From Sphyrna mokarran (Eukaryota): 64,000 bases of DNA. Both the position numbers and the translations under genes were made by a program. The notes below the pieces were generated by a model, which was given only the letters and a program-made list of their open reading frames with translations, made no database searches and had not been told where the DNA came from. Below are positions 26,291-39,258 of the stretch, in pieces (positions within the stretch are counted from its first letter, which is position 1; each line of letters opens with the position of its first letter). The DNA is taken from the NCBI GenBank assembly GCA_024679065.1, contig JAGIQG010000012.1, positions 69,750,001 to 69,814,000 of the forward strand, given 5' to 3'.

Positions 26291-28059
26291 CTCAAGGGAT
26301 TCTCAGGGAATCCCTTCTTATACATTCTATTTGCAACAAAGTCTATCGAGATTAACTAAACTCAATCTATACCCCATCTGCCCCACACACCAAGTCAGCC
26401 TCTCAAGATCTCTGCCCACTCAGATTCCTAATAGTTTGTAAGCATTTCAATGTTAGTGCCTACAAGGAATACATGATGGCCTTATTTGTAAACACATTTG
26501 TACCTCTGAGATTCTGCAAAGACACTTCCTTAGCTTTTAGTTATCAAACAACAAGCTGCCTGTTGTTTCATGTCAGAGTTTTCTTTTTTATGATTTGGCC
26601 CTTTTAAAATCCTTCAGGGTCAAAAGCATTCAGTTAATGAAAGACCAAACTGCAATCACCTTCAAACGATCTCTCAGCTACTTTTACCCAAGATGGATTT
26701 ACAAGCAGGAATGAAAAAGATCCAGTAAGACTTTGTACAACAAGGCAATTAAAGATGTATATGGTCAGTTATCATATTTCACCTTTCATTAATTAGCAAG
26801 AAAATCTAATCTAGAGATTTCCTAGAAATCTCACACTGTGAGTATGAATTATCTAACTATCCCATTAGACGCAAATCCTGTAATGACTGCCAAATCTTGC
26901 AAGTGGTCAAAAATGGGATTTATGGCTGGTGCAATCTGTTTGAGAAGTAGAAAGCACATGAACCTGATTTCTGTATATCTTAATGAAATTACATTTAGTT
27001 ACAGGGCACTGTCAGGGAGCACTTACAAGGGGCAATGCTAAGGTGGGTTACCCTCCTCAATTGGGGGGTTTCCTCTTCTGCAAGGCGGGACTCCCCTTGT
27101 CCCTTTATGGGGGGTTATGTAGGCATAGGGGTCCCTTCTTCGTGTGCGGATTGAGTGATATGCCCCTTATCTGCTGGGGAATCACAAAGTCCATGGATGG
27201 TGAGCCCAAGTCCTGATATCTGTTGCGGGGGCGGGGCGGGGGGGGGGCTTAAACTGAATTTTGAGATTGCAGCTCTGATCTCAGGTTCACGATATTTAGG
27301 TCCTGCCCCTCCAACTGGCTCTGTGATCTTCATCAGCTCTCTGAAACTGATATTAATTCAAGCAAGAAAAGGATGGTTGTAAAGCTGGAGAATTTCACAC
27401 AGCTTCTTTTCTGGTCCATTCCAACAGCATGCAGTTTTCAGAAGGTTGCATTCAGTGCCTGGGGGGTGGGGCAGAGGGGGGCAGGGCTTATTGGGATGGG
27501 GCCTATTGGAGGTAAATCAGTGGGAGTGGGGTTATTCCAACTCATGCTTCACAATCTGTACTAAAACTTCACAAACTTGAAAATCACTTTATGTAGCTTT
27601 TTGATGTCTGAGCCTTCTTCTTGGCTCTGTTTGGCTTTATGAAATGTGTTCTGTTCTAATATCTCTAATCTTAGACTTCTTGGAAATTTTTACTCATTTC
27701 GCTAGTTTCCTGCTGCTCTTCCGGTCCCCATACTTATTTTCTGAAACATTAACTCTAATGTATGGCATTTCTTCTAACAAAGCTGAGAAAAATAGTCCCT
27801 CTCTTACCTTCTAAACCAATTATGAGAGCTGCCTTCTTTCTCACTATCTATTTACAACTGCCCACAAATTCAGCAAATGCTAAAAGTTAAAAGCTTCTCT
27901 TTCTTACAAAGCCCCAGTTGCTAAGCAACCGCTGTTGGTATATTTATTCTTCACACCTCTTTAAGCACAATAGAAACACACTTGGAACTTAACCATACCC
28001 CACACATACAAACACCTTTTTACAGCATGAATCTAACTATAAGTTCTAACCTTCCAGGA

Positions 28060-28320
28060 AAATAGGTTTAAGGTGTAAGGGGCAAGGTTTAAAGGAGACG
28101 TACGAGGCAGGTGTTTTATACGGAGGGCGGTAGATGTCTGGAACTTGCTGCCGTGGGACGTAGTGAAAGCAGATATGACAGTGACTTTTAAAGGGCACCT
28201 TGACAAATACATCAATAGGATTGGAGTAGAGGGATATGGTCCCCGAAAGTGTAAGGAGTTTTAGTTGGGTCGGGTGACGTGCTTGATGCAGACTTGGAAG
28301 ATCCTATGTTGTAATTTTCT
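28060..28320 (+). mobile_element. CR1 3' fragment
   Basis: aggtttaaggtg...gcaaggtttaaaggagac, similar to 1150-1400. Confidence 0.75.
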
Positions 28321-28723
28321 TTATTTTTAAGAGGGCAGGATGCATCTTTTGGGGTATCCTTTTGCAACTCCTGACCACCCTGTGTAATGTTATCCCCACC
28401 ACCACATTCTTCTTTCCAACCTGATCTTCAAAATCTCTCATCCCAAAAGCACCGGCGTGATCTTTATTTGGGATCCAATGATGTTTTCCGTGAACCTTCC
28501 TACAGCCCCTGGAAATCTCATCACTGATTTCTGCCACTGTTGAGACTGCAAGACCTGCTGGCAAATTAGATTAGGCAGCAGCTCTCGAGGTTGGGTCTTT
28601 ATCTCAGTGAGGAGGGGAGGCCTTACCCACACCTGCTTAAAGCCAGTTGCAACTTGTTAAAGCTGCTGGGCTGCACACATATGGCAGTCTTTGTTCACAT
28701 CGATGGAAATATATGATACTTAC

Positions 28724-28753
28724 ACCAATGTCAGTATGTGCTTGAAGCTTCAT
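28724..28753 (-). CDS. WDR64: WDR64-like exon 5, 30-nt microexon (MKLQAHTDIG)
   Basis: Strong acceptor tttgttttacag and donor gtaagt, symmetric phase 0/0. Fits the position of a recalled 10-aa segment of human WDR64. Confidence 0.72.
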
Positions 28754-28904
28754 CTGTAAAACAAATTGTAAACTCCACTGAAAAATCAAACTGATTGCCA
28801 AACAAGAATCTAAAAAAAACAAATTTCTATTTAAAGTATTTGCATGTGCAGGTAACTGTCAATCAGTCAATTCAACATTAGTATTGGGTAAAGTAATTGG
28901 ATAA

Positions 28905-29380
28905 GGTGGCACAACGGCTAGCACTGCTGCCTCACAGCACCAAAGACTTGGGTTCAATTCCGGCCTCAGGTGACGAACAGTATGGAGTTTGCATGTTCTG
29001 TCCGTGTCCGCGTGGGTTTCCTCCAGATGCTCCAGTTTTCTCCCACAATCCAAAAATGTGCAAGTTAAAGTGATTGGACATGATAAATTGCCCTATACTG
29101 TCAGGGGAACTCGCAGGATAAATACATGGAGTCAAGGGGAAGTATATCGGTCGGTGGTGGTCGAGGCGAACTCGCTGGGGTCTTTTAAAAGACTTCTGGA
29201 TGAGTATATGGGATCCAATGGGATTGGGGGTTATAGATAGGTCTATGGCTGGGTAGGTTTTGATATGTTCGGCACAACTTGTGGGCCGAAGGGCCTGTTT
29301 GTGCTGTAGTGTTCTATGTTCTATGTTTTATATGGCCTGGGTAGGATCCTGCACTGTAGAGAATCTATTATCCTATTCTA
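28905..29380 (+). mobile_element. HE1-like SINE interrupted by CR1
   Basis: Head at 28905 and tail at 29330-29380. Confidence 0.8.
29140..29326 (+). mobile_element. CR1 3' fragment nested in a SINE
   Basis: 'VVVEANSLGSFKRLLDEYM' and a gttctat-repeat tail. The SINE resumes after 29330. Confidence 0.85.
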
Positions 29381-29881
29381 TGAAAGGAAGAAAATAGAAA
29401 AACATTTAGAAACCAAATATATGATAGGCCAAAGAGGAAATCATGTTTGAACAATCTCACTGAAGTCTTCATTTAAAAAGCAACAAAGATTAGACAAGGA
29501 TAACAAAATAGATTTCATTTATCTACATTTCCAAAGGCCTTTGATAATATACAACAGACTGATGAATACATCAGTGCAGGTTGTGTCGTGGGGCAAAGAG
29601 CAGAATGGAAAGCAAGAGAGAAAGCTGACAGGAGGGATAAAGGATAGCTATTCAGAGTGGGTAAAAGGTGGAAAGTGCCCCACAAGGATATTGTAGACGT
29701 GACTATTATTCACAATTATGATTTAGACTTTGAAATTACAAATACAATTTTTAAAATTGTGGATAACATCAAATCTGTAAGAATAGTCAATATTTTGGAG
29801 AGCAGCAACAAATTACGGGAAGTCATAGATTAAATAGTGGGAATGTATCAGCATGGATAGAGAAATGGCTAAGTAGTAGAA

Positions 29882-30127
29882 TGATATACAGATGCCAGCG
29901 TTGGATTGGGGTGGTAAGAACTCAGTAAGAATTTAGCAACACCAATTTATAATCCAACCGATTTATTTGATAGTAAAAACGCGAGCTTTCAACACTCTGT
30001 GTCTTCCTCAGGCAAATGCAGTGCATTTGCCTGAGGAAGACACAGACACAGAGGAAGACAAAAAGCTCGCGTTTTTACTATCAAATAAATCGATTGGATT
30101 ATAAATTGGTGTTGCTAAATTCTTACT
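29882..30127. mobile_element. Minimal Penelope-like insertion forming a ~204-bp near-palindrome
   Basis: Arms 29924-30020 and 30022-30127 resemble the pLTR at 21.9 kb. Flanking direct repeat ctaagtagtagaa at 29869-29881 and 30126-30138. Confidence 0.85.
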
Positions 30128-30412
30128 AAGTAGTAGAAGACAGAGGGCAGAATGTTATGTTATTTTTGCCAAGGTGTTGTCTTAGGCTGGAAAAGTGAAG
30201 TGTTTTTCCTGCCAAATTTTCAAGGAGAAGGGAATAGAGGGTTATGCAGATAGAGTTAGACAAGTACGGATGAGAGGACATTCAAATGGTTTAGACTGAC
30301 AGGGTCAAATATTCCCGTGCAGTAAATTCTAAGTAAACAATAAACAATCGGATGGAGTTTCCAGTAATTATGGCCTAAAATAGACGACAATTTTAGCTTG
30401 TGAGCAACATAT

Positions 30413-30585
30413 TTGCCTGCAGCAGTTGTAGATGCGCCAAGTTTGGTGGCGTTTAAGAGGTTAGTTGATAAGTATATGGAAGAGAAGGGAATGTTTAGTT
30501 TGGAGGGGCATTGCTTTTTATATTGGTCGGCGCAACATCGAAGGCCGAAGGGCCTGTTCTGTGCTGTAATGTTCTATGTTCTATA
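30413..30585 (+). mobile_element. CR1 3' fragment
   Basis: 'LPAAVVDAPSLVAFKRLVDKYM' and a CR1 tail. Confidence 0.8.
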
Positions 30586-31041
30586 TGACCCTAAAGTAGT
30601 GGAGGCATTCTGACAAATTTATTTCTATTTTGCAGTCAGTGTAAGAATTGAATGCACTTCTAATTACATAAGTAAGTTCTGCCAACAAAACATTGGGAGA
30701 GAAGTGAGGGATCCAGGAAATAGGGAATTAATCGATTCTGACACTGAAATGATTAAACTTGGGGTTCAGATTCCAGTGAGCAGCTATTTTATGCACACTG
30801 GTTAAAGTGTTGCTGCTGGAATGTTACCTGAGGTGTTGTGCAGTGTGCTGAGAATATAATTCAAAGGAATTGTGAATGTTTGAAGTGATTTAGAAAAGTT
30901 AATCCAAATACTGTTGGACCATAGAGAAAATTAAGTAGTGAGGCCCAGGCTTTCAACATTTTTAGTACAAAACCACATCTTAAGAGTTGTTATTGAGAAC
31001 AAAATGATTCATATTTTTAATAAAGATGGAAGATTTTTAAA

Positions 31042-31853
31042 ACAAAAGTATGTTTGGCTGGGGAAATAAATTTTAGCACCACTAAGCAAAGAAAAGAGAT
31101 TGTTCTGTCTCAGTTAGCTTAAATCTTTCATACATTTTCTGGATAATTATTGCATTCATCCGGCTGCAATGTTGAATTCACAGCCATGCAGAATAATGAG
31201 ATTTGCAAAGAATGGTAATCAAATTAGTTGCAAACTGGCCCCAACAGAGAAGAATTATAAAACGTTATCCAAACTTCACAGATGAGGTAATGACCATTGC
31301 ATGAATAATAATGAAAGCAACTGTTGGCAAATTATCAGACCCAATCTCAATATTCCTTCCACTGAAGTTGACAAGAGTCATTTGCCACACTTCAAAGGAT
31401 AGGCTTTAACTATTAATTCTCGGACAGAAGAACTTTCTGATATCAGTCATTTCAGATACCCAACATCTTTTTCCAAAGATAAGGGAGTCTAAAATTAGAG
31501 AGCATAAGTGTAAGGTGAGAGAGCAGAGATACAATAGGGTACAGAGGGGCAATTTTTTCCACACAGAGAGTGGTGAGTATGTGGAACAAGCTGCCAGAGG
31601 TAGTAGTAGAGGCGGGTACAATTTTGTTTTTTAAAAAGCATTTAAACAGTTACATGGATAAAATATGTATAGAGGGATATGGGCCAAATGCAAGTAATTG
31701 GGACTAGCTTAGTAGTGAAAGACAAAAGCATGTTTGGCTGGGGAAATAAATTTTAGCACCACTAAGCAAAGAAAAGAGATTGTTCTGTCTCAGTTAGCTT
31801 AAATCTTTCATACATTTTCCGGATAATTATTGCATTCATCCGGCTGCAATGTT
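31042..31853 (+). repeat. 132-bp direct repeat (31042-31173 and 31722-31853)
   Basis: Only 2 mismatches seen on direct comparison. Confidence 0.95.
31445..31720 (+). mobile_element. CR1 3' fragment lacking the terminal tail
   Basis: Same subfamily as 10052-10486 and 54700-55175. Confidence 0.85.
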
Positions 31854-31854
31854 T

Positions 31855-33700
31855 TACCAATAAGCTAGCCCCAATTGCCCGCATTTGGCCAATACCCCTC
31901 TATATCCATCTTACCCACGTAATTGTCTGTTTTTTTAAAAGACAAAATTGTACCCACCTTGACTACTACCTCTGACAGTTCATTCCAGGCTTACCATCTT
32001 CTGTGTGAAAACATTGTCCCTCTGGACCTTTCTATATTTCTCTCCTCTCACCTTAAACCTATGGCCTTTAATTTTAGACTCCCCTTCCTTTGGGAAAGAA
32101 TGTTGACTACCTAACTGATCTATGCCCTCATTAGTTTATAGACCTCAATAAGATCACCCCTAAGTCCAATGTTCCAGGAAAAAAAATCCCCACAGAGTAA
32201 CCTGGACTGAGGATTGAGTATTCAAAGATATCCAGCCTCTTCTCATAACTCAAACCATCAAGTGCCGGTAGCATCCTAGTAAATCTTTTTTGCACTCTTT
32301 CTAGTTTAATAATATTCTTTCTATAATAGGGTGACCAGAATGTGTACAATAGTCCAAATGTGGCCTTACCAATGCCTTGTACAACTCAACAAAATGTCCC
32401 AACTCCCATATTCAATGTTCTAGCCAATGAAATCAAACATGCTGAATGCCTTCATCATCACTCAGTCTATCTGTGACTCCACTTTCAAGGAGCTATGACC
32501 TGTACCTTATATCTCTTTGTTCTATAACTCTCTCCAATACCTTACCATTAACCAAGTAAGTCCTACACTGGTTTGACCTATCAAAATGCATCACCTTCCA
32601 ATTATCTAAATGGAACTCCATCTACCATTCATCAGCCCACTGGCTCAATTGATCAAGGTCCCATTGTAATCCTAGATAATCTTCACAGTCCACTATGCCA
32701 CCAATCTTGATGTCGATGGTAAATTTAGTAACCATGTCTCTTAAAATCTCGTCCAAATCATTATTATAAATGACAAATAACAATGGACCCAGCACTGACC
32801 CGAGGCACATTGCTGGTCAACCTCCAGTTTGAAACGAAAAACTCTCTGCAACAACTTTCTTCTGTCATCAAGCTAATTTTATATCCAATTGATTACTTCA
32901 CCCTGGATCCCATGAGATTTAACCTTATGCAAATAACCCACTGTGTGATACCTTGTCAAAGGCCTTGCTAAAGTTCATGTAGACAACACTGACTGCACTG
33001 CACTTATCTAACTTCTCAGTCGAGAATTGAAAAATCTCAATCAAATTCATGAGACATGATTTTTCACTGTTAGGTCCAATTCTACTAAGGTGCAATCTGG
33101 CCACCTAGTACCAATTCTATCTGCCCAGATCTGGTCTCAATGCCTCAGATATCAGATCCCCTCCCTCCAAGATAGATTATCCAGTACATGTTCAATTGCT
33201 TAATCTTCATATCCCTATGTGGCACCAGGAGTAATCCTGAGATTACTGCTTTTGAGGTCCTGCTATTTAATTTATTACTCCACTCCCTAAAATCTATTTT
33301 CAGGACCTTAACTTTCTTCCTACTTTCATCATTGGCAGCATGGCCTCTGACTACTCACTATCTCCCAGAAGATTGTCTTGCAATCACTCTGTGACATGTT
33401 GATACTAGCAGCTTTGAGACAGCTTTATGTCCTGGATCACATCAATGGCCCACAGAAACACCTGCTTCTTCTTCTAACGAACACATTTCCCATCACTGTC
33501 TCTCTTCCACTCTTCCAATTGCAGCCCACCCCCCCCCACCCCGCCAACATGTGCAACTGAGCCACCTGTGGCATTATGGACTTGGCTCTTGCTGCAATCT
33601 GATGAGGAACCATCACCTTGACCCGTATCCAAAATTGGTTGGCGAGTGAAATCACCTAAGAGACTCCTGTGCTACCTTGGTTCTGTTAGACTATCTGACA
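31855..33700 (-). mobile_element. CR1 LINE with RT fragments and probable ORF1 remnant, internally deleted
   Basis: 'GSVLGPLLFVIYNNDLD' and 'FWSPYYRKNIIKLERVQKRFTRMLP'. The 33050-33700 segment resembles CR1 ORF1 esterase-like sequence. Confidence 0.85.
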
Positions 33701-33889
33701 GTCATGCATAGTGTGTATTAGAAATAGGAAGGGCTTGATGGTACATCTGTGTGGGACACCAGAGTTAAAAGGACAAGGCAGGGAGAGAAGCCATTGCACA
33801 TGCTTTCCCATCTGTAACTGGATAAGAATGGAATCAGGCAAATGCAATCATTGACAACAATGGGGAAGAGAATGGTACGGTCAAATCAT

Positions 33890-34172
33890 AGAATAGAATC
33901 AAATCATAGAATCCCAATAGCTTGGGAGAGTCTATTCGGCCCATTGAGCCTGCACCAACTCTCTGACAGAGTATTTTACACAGGCATTATCCCCATAACC
34001 CATAACTAACTAATCTGCACATTTTTGGAGTGTGGAAGGAAACCGGAGCATCCAGGAGAAATCCACACAGGCATAGGAAGAATGTACAAACTCCACACAG
34101 ACAGTCACCCAAGGTCAGAATCAAACCGGAGTCCCTGCAGCTGTGAGACAGCATTGCTAACCACTGTGTCAT
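33890..34172 (-). mobile_element. HE1-like SINE
   Basis: Same head and core motifs. Confidence 0.85.
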
Positions 34173-35274
34173 CCATGTTATTTTGTACAGAATGAAAGCA
34201 AGGCTAATGAATGTCCAGTTGCTTGAATTTATTTTATCCTTTTTTTCCCAGTTTACTGGCATCTCTTCAGTGAAATTGTGGTTATCAGTGGGTGACATAT
34301 CACCCTGATTTTCTTTCAGTATTCCAGGATAAATATAGTTAATCCTCTGTTATACATCCTAAATGTTTTCTAGGTCTGTTCCCTTATTTGTATTGGTTGG
34401 CTTAAGGTTTGATTGATGTGCCCAAAAGAAAGCACATGGCAGGTTGGGTTATGATGTTGGACATGTATTACCATTGCTTGCCTGAAGTTCCAACATTTTC
34501 AAACATGTTGCTTATTGCAATATTATATTATATTATAATATATTAATATTATAGAAAATATAGAAAATTTCCTGTTCTAACGGAAAGATATTACCTCTTT
34601 GGAGAATAAAACCACATCTTCTGACAGATAGGATCATGTAAATAAGATTAATATATTTTTCTAACATAAATTTGTCAGTACAAATTATGAGATGAAAATT
34701 AAATCTAACAGATGGTGTGTGTTGTTATAGTGCAAAAAATTGTGATCCTATATCATTCCAAATATTCTGATAATGCAAAATACGTAATTAAATATCCTCA
34801 CTTGCATAAATACTGGTTGTCACCCCGACAAAAGTATATGCAGTTCTCTCAAGAATGTGAAAGGTTCAATAAGTGTAAATTGCACTCAACTCATCGAACC
34901 TTGCTTAATTGCATCTTATAGGTGTTATTTTAAACACATTCTGGAACACTTTGTCAGTGCTGAGCTAAATGATAAGCAAGCGCAAATAGACATTATTGAT
35001 TACAGTGAAAAGTTCATTCATACCCTTGCAAAAAAGTTTCTTTTTAATCCCTTTGTTCAGCAAAAATCACTTTAAAACAAGTACAAATCCTCAGCACAAT
35101 TGATTGTCCAGGTCTGATGCAGTTAGTACTCTTCTCAGAATTAACCTCGTAAGCAATGACTAATCATTGCTCTAGTCAAAGTGGAGAAGTCACTCCAAAA
35201 CTCTGACTAAAAGAAAAAAAGTGCTGATATTTTGATAAAGGATTCAATGAAAACATCACATGGGGGGGAGCGAG

Positions 35275-35590
35275 GGGCTGTATGGTGGCACAGTGAATAG
35301 CACTGCTGCCTCACAGCGCCAGAGACCTGGGTTCAATTCCAGCCTCCGGTCATTGTCTGTGTGGAGTTTGCACATTCTCCCACGGCTGTGTGAGTTTCCT
35401 CCTGGTACTCTGGTTTCCTTCTACAGTCTGAAGATGTGTGGATTAGATTTGTTGACCATGAGAAATTGACCTTTCATGTCAGGGGGATTAGGAAGGGTAC
35501 AAGAATAGGACACAACCTGGGTGAGGTTGTGTTTGGTGCACCATCAATGGGCCAAGTGGCCTCCTTCTGTACTATAGGGATTCTATGACT
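35275..35590 (+). mobile_element. HE1-like SINE
   Basis: A and B boxes, core and CR1-type tail. Confidence 0.88.
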
Positions 35591-35836
35591 ACAAAACAAA
35601 ATTTTGCATTCTATACTCATGCTGATTGTATGAGTAAAATAATCACTTCCTCAGAGTCCAGCCCAATATGAGCGTTATGAATGTTCTCAAGATGCAGGTG
35701 ATGTTGCCGAGGTGAGCGTCTAGTTAGCCATGACTAGCATAAGGTGCTGAGCTTTCTACTTGAACTGCTGTAGTGGGTTTTGTCAGACATCTTCAGTTAC
35801 CTGAATTAAAAGTTCAGTAATAATTTCCAATATTAC

Positions 35837-35943
35837 CTTGTTACTATAAAGTAAAATTATTCCCTTTAGTGTAACTGCTAACACTTGATCAAGTTGGGGC
35901 ACTTTAACGACAGACTGAATATGATCATGTCTCCTCTTCTCTT
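35837..35943 (-). CDS. WDR64: WDR64-like exon 4 (EKRRHDHIQSVVKVPQLDQVLAVTLKGIILLYSNK)
   Basis: Acceptor ttgacag and donor gtaata, 107 nt, phase 1 to 0. Resembles recalled 'RRDVIKSIVKIPHLD...KGLITVF'. Confidence 0.87.
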
Positions 35944-36524
35944 CTGTCAAAACAAGAACAGTGGATTGTAAGGAAGATAATTCATTAGAAAAATACATTT
36001 TTTTTTACAAATAGTGCCATCTATCAATGGGTTTATTCTTAGATCAGCAATCTTGTCAGTGAACTATTGACCCGAACGTCCTCATGCCAAGTGTATTAAA
36101 ATAGCTATTTAGTGCGTTTAACCAATACTAATCTCACTTGGGTATACTAGCTGAAGACACTGCAGTCTAAATTTTCATCTACAGTCTAATCCCATCTGAA
36201 TTCACGCTGACCCGAGGTGGGTGGGGATGCTACAGCTCTGCAGTAAAGGAGCACAACTTCTGATCTCCATCAAAGTTAAATTCTAAATTTCAGCACCTTT
36301 AGATTTGGTGCACTGACTGAGTACATTCAATCACTCCACAATCAACTCTACTTGTGACAGTAACATTTTAAGGCCTTTATCTTCTTAATAATGTCATTCA
36401 TAGGAACAATCAGATTTGCATTTGGCAAACAGAATCACAGAATTATTGTGGCACAGTAGGAGGCTATTTCACCCATCTTGTCTGTACCAGCCCTCCGAAT
36501 GAGACAAGGGAATACACTACAAGT

Positions 36525-36765
36525 TTAGTTTATTTATTATTGTCACAAGAAGGCTTATATTCACACTTAATGAAGTTACTGTGAAAATCCCCTAGTCGCC
36601 ACATTCTGGCACTTGTTTGGCCACACTGAGGGATAATTTAGCATGGCCAATGTACCTAACCAGCACATCTTTGTGGAAGGAAACCAGAGCATCTGGCGGA
36701 AACCCATGTAGACACAAGGAGAATGTGCAGAGTCCACATAGAAGTTCAGATCCAAGCCAGGAATT
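36525..36765 (-). mobile_element. V-SINE-like SINE with alternative tail, 5' truncated by a Penelope pLTR
   Basis: gaagttactgtgaaaatcccctagtcgccac tail and core. Confidence 0.82.
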
Positions 36766-36769
36766 GATG

Positions 36770-37060
36770 AGGTTATGATGTGGAAATGCTGGCATCGGAC
36801 TGGAGTAAGCACAGTAAGAAGTCTCACAACATCAGGTTAAAGTCCAACAGATTTATTTGGTATCACAAGCTTTTGGAGTGTCACTCCTTCTCCAGGTGAG
36901 TGAGGAATTGTGTTCACAAACAGGGCATATATAGACACAACTCAATTTACAAGATAATAGTTGGAATGTAAGTCTTTACAGGTAATCAAGTCTTAAAATT
37001 ACAGACAATGTGAGTGGAGAGAGCATTAAGCACAGATTAAAAAGGTGTGTATGGTCTCAA
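36770..37060 (-). mobile_element. Penelope-like pLTR fragment
   Basis: Clearly similar to 21878-22160 (gactgg..taagcacagtaagaagtct...caggtaatcaagtctt...gagcattaagcacag). Confidence 0.8.
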
Positions 37061-38478
37061 GCCTCTTGTAAGACCCTCTACAAGGGTCTTGTAAGAGATT
37101 TTTGGATAAGTACATGGGACTTAGTAAGATAGAGGATTATAGGTAAGCCTAGTAGGTCGGGACATGTTTGGCACAACTTGTGGGCCAAAGGGCGTGTATT
37201 GTGCTGTAGTTTTTCTATGTTCTATAACATTTAAATACGTTAGAATCTACTTTAATGAGGTTCCAGTCTTTGTGGGTCTGAACCTCATGATGCTGCTGGT
37301 GAGACAGAAGGAAAATTGGGATCTTTCTGTACAGAATTGCATTTCCAGATTCTGTCTGAACTTCGTGCTGGTGACCGGGCCCATGGAGAGGGTGAACTCA
37401 AAATCTCCCCCCTAGATTAACCAATAAAAAGAACACCATTTCAAAACTTCTCTAAAATAGAAATTAATATATTAGCAATTACATATTACAATGGTTCAGC
37501 TCTTCTCAGACAACAAGCATCTCAATTATAGAGACAAAGAGGACTCCAGGTTCTACTGCTCTTCTCTGCTCAGCTAGCTGACCTCAACTGCTGAACTGAA
37601 ACATTGAGCAGTATTTTACAGCAAAGACAGAAACGTTCTCATGAGCCTCAATTTATGCCGCAAGAACAACCTAGACTAAAAACAGCAGGCAAATAACTAC
37701 TTCAGTGAGTGCCTAAAGAAGTATTGCAATGTCAGACATGCTGGGTCGATTCTCTGACCCACACGCACACGCACAAATCGTCTAATGGCCAGAGGCTCTC
37801 ATGATAGGGGCCATAACGCAATTTGCACACGGGAGGGTTCACTTTGAGATTCTTCCCACTCCTGGTCAGCAATGTCATCAAGTTCATGCCCTCGCAGGGT
37901 GGGAAGCAAATTAACATATTAAAATCATGATTTAAACATGCAAAATTGGCTTTTACGTTGAATTCAGTTGGCCCCTTAAATTTACTTGCTGGCCGGCGCG
38001 ACATGAAGCCAGTGAGAATTACTACTAGGTTTGTGATATTATGCGGTTGTAAAAGGATGCTATGTAAATGCAAGTTCTTTCTCTTTGTGCTCAGTTCCCC
38101 TCACCCTCCACCAAATCCCCACCACCAACCAACTGAATTACAAAAGCATGTTCTCATCTTCGAGTTATTTTTGACAGATAGGTCACACAAAACACAAAAT
38201 TGATACAATTACCTATGATTGCTTGTTTAAGTTAAGCCAAGTTATCAAAAGATACCATTCAGCTTCAAGTTAAATGTTGCACATCAACACATTACAGATT
38301 TCTGTGTGTAATTCAATGTAAATTACATGCCACTCTGATCTAAACAACTTCTAATATTTCTGTTATCTAGCAATGGCAAATTAGATTGTTATACTTATCT
38401 ATTTCTCAACCGTTCAAACTAAAATGAACATCAACATAATTTAATAACTAAATAATTCTGTAGGAACCATTACAATAC

Positions 38479-38572
38479 CTTCTCTCATTTCAATTTGTTG
38501 TCGCTTTGAAACCGAAAATATGGGTAATATGTCAAGGATATCACTGTCATCTGATGGAAAATACCCAAAAAG
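38479..38572 (-). CDS. WDR64: WDR64-like exon 3 (LFGYFPSDDSDILDILPIFSVSKRQQIEMRE)
   Basis: Acceptor ttatgcag and donor G|gtattg, 94 nt, phase 0 to 1. Continues DWCE into (I/L)FGYF as in WDR64. Confidence 0.85.
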
Positions 38573-38828
38573 CTGCATAACAAAAACATACATGATTATT
38601 AACGTACACTTCTTACAAATAGTACTATTGTTACAATTCATGAGCTGAATGGCTGATAATTCAGATGATGAGAAATTCTACTTTATCAAAAGAAAAATGA
38701 AAATTCCTTCCAAAGTTAATGCTATTCAGTCCTCGCATAAAGTTCATAAAAGCTTTCTTCATGCTGTCAGAATTTGCCCTCAAACTTTGTTGCATATCTT
38801 AGTACTTCATAGAGACCATAGAATTATA

Positions 38829-39128
38829 GGGCGGTATGGTGGCACAGTGGTTAGCACTGCTGCCCCACAGTACCAAGTCCCAGGTTCAATTCTCAGCTTT
38901 GGTTTACTGTCTGTGTGGAATTTATACTTTCTCCCTGTGGCTGTTTAGGTTTCCTCTGGGTGTTCAGTTTCTTCCCACAGTCCAAAAGATGTGTTGATTA
39001 AGTGCAATGGTCATGTTAAGTTCTCCCTCTGTGTACCCCAACAGGCGCCAGAGTGTGGCAACCAGGGGATTTTTCACTGTATTTTCATTGCAGTATTAAT
39101 ATAAGCCTACTTATGACAATAATAAATA
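38829..39128 (+). mobile_element. V-SINE-like SINE with alternative tail
   Basis: A and B boxes. Tail acaggcgccagagtgtggc...aataaataa. Confidence 0.88.
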
Positions 39129-39258
39129 ACCTAGAATCATGTAGCAGGGTCAGCCTAACCTGCTTGAGCAGGGTCTTTTAAAGAGCTACTCAATTTAGCC
39201 CCAAACTCCAGCTTTTATCACATAACACAGTCTATTTAATACTTTTTAAGTACATGGC

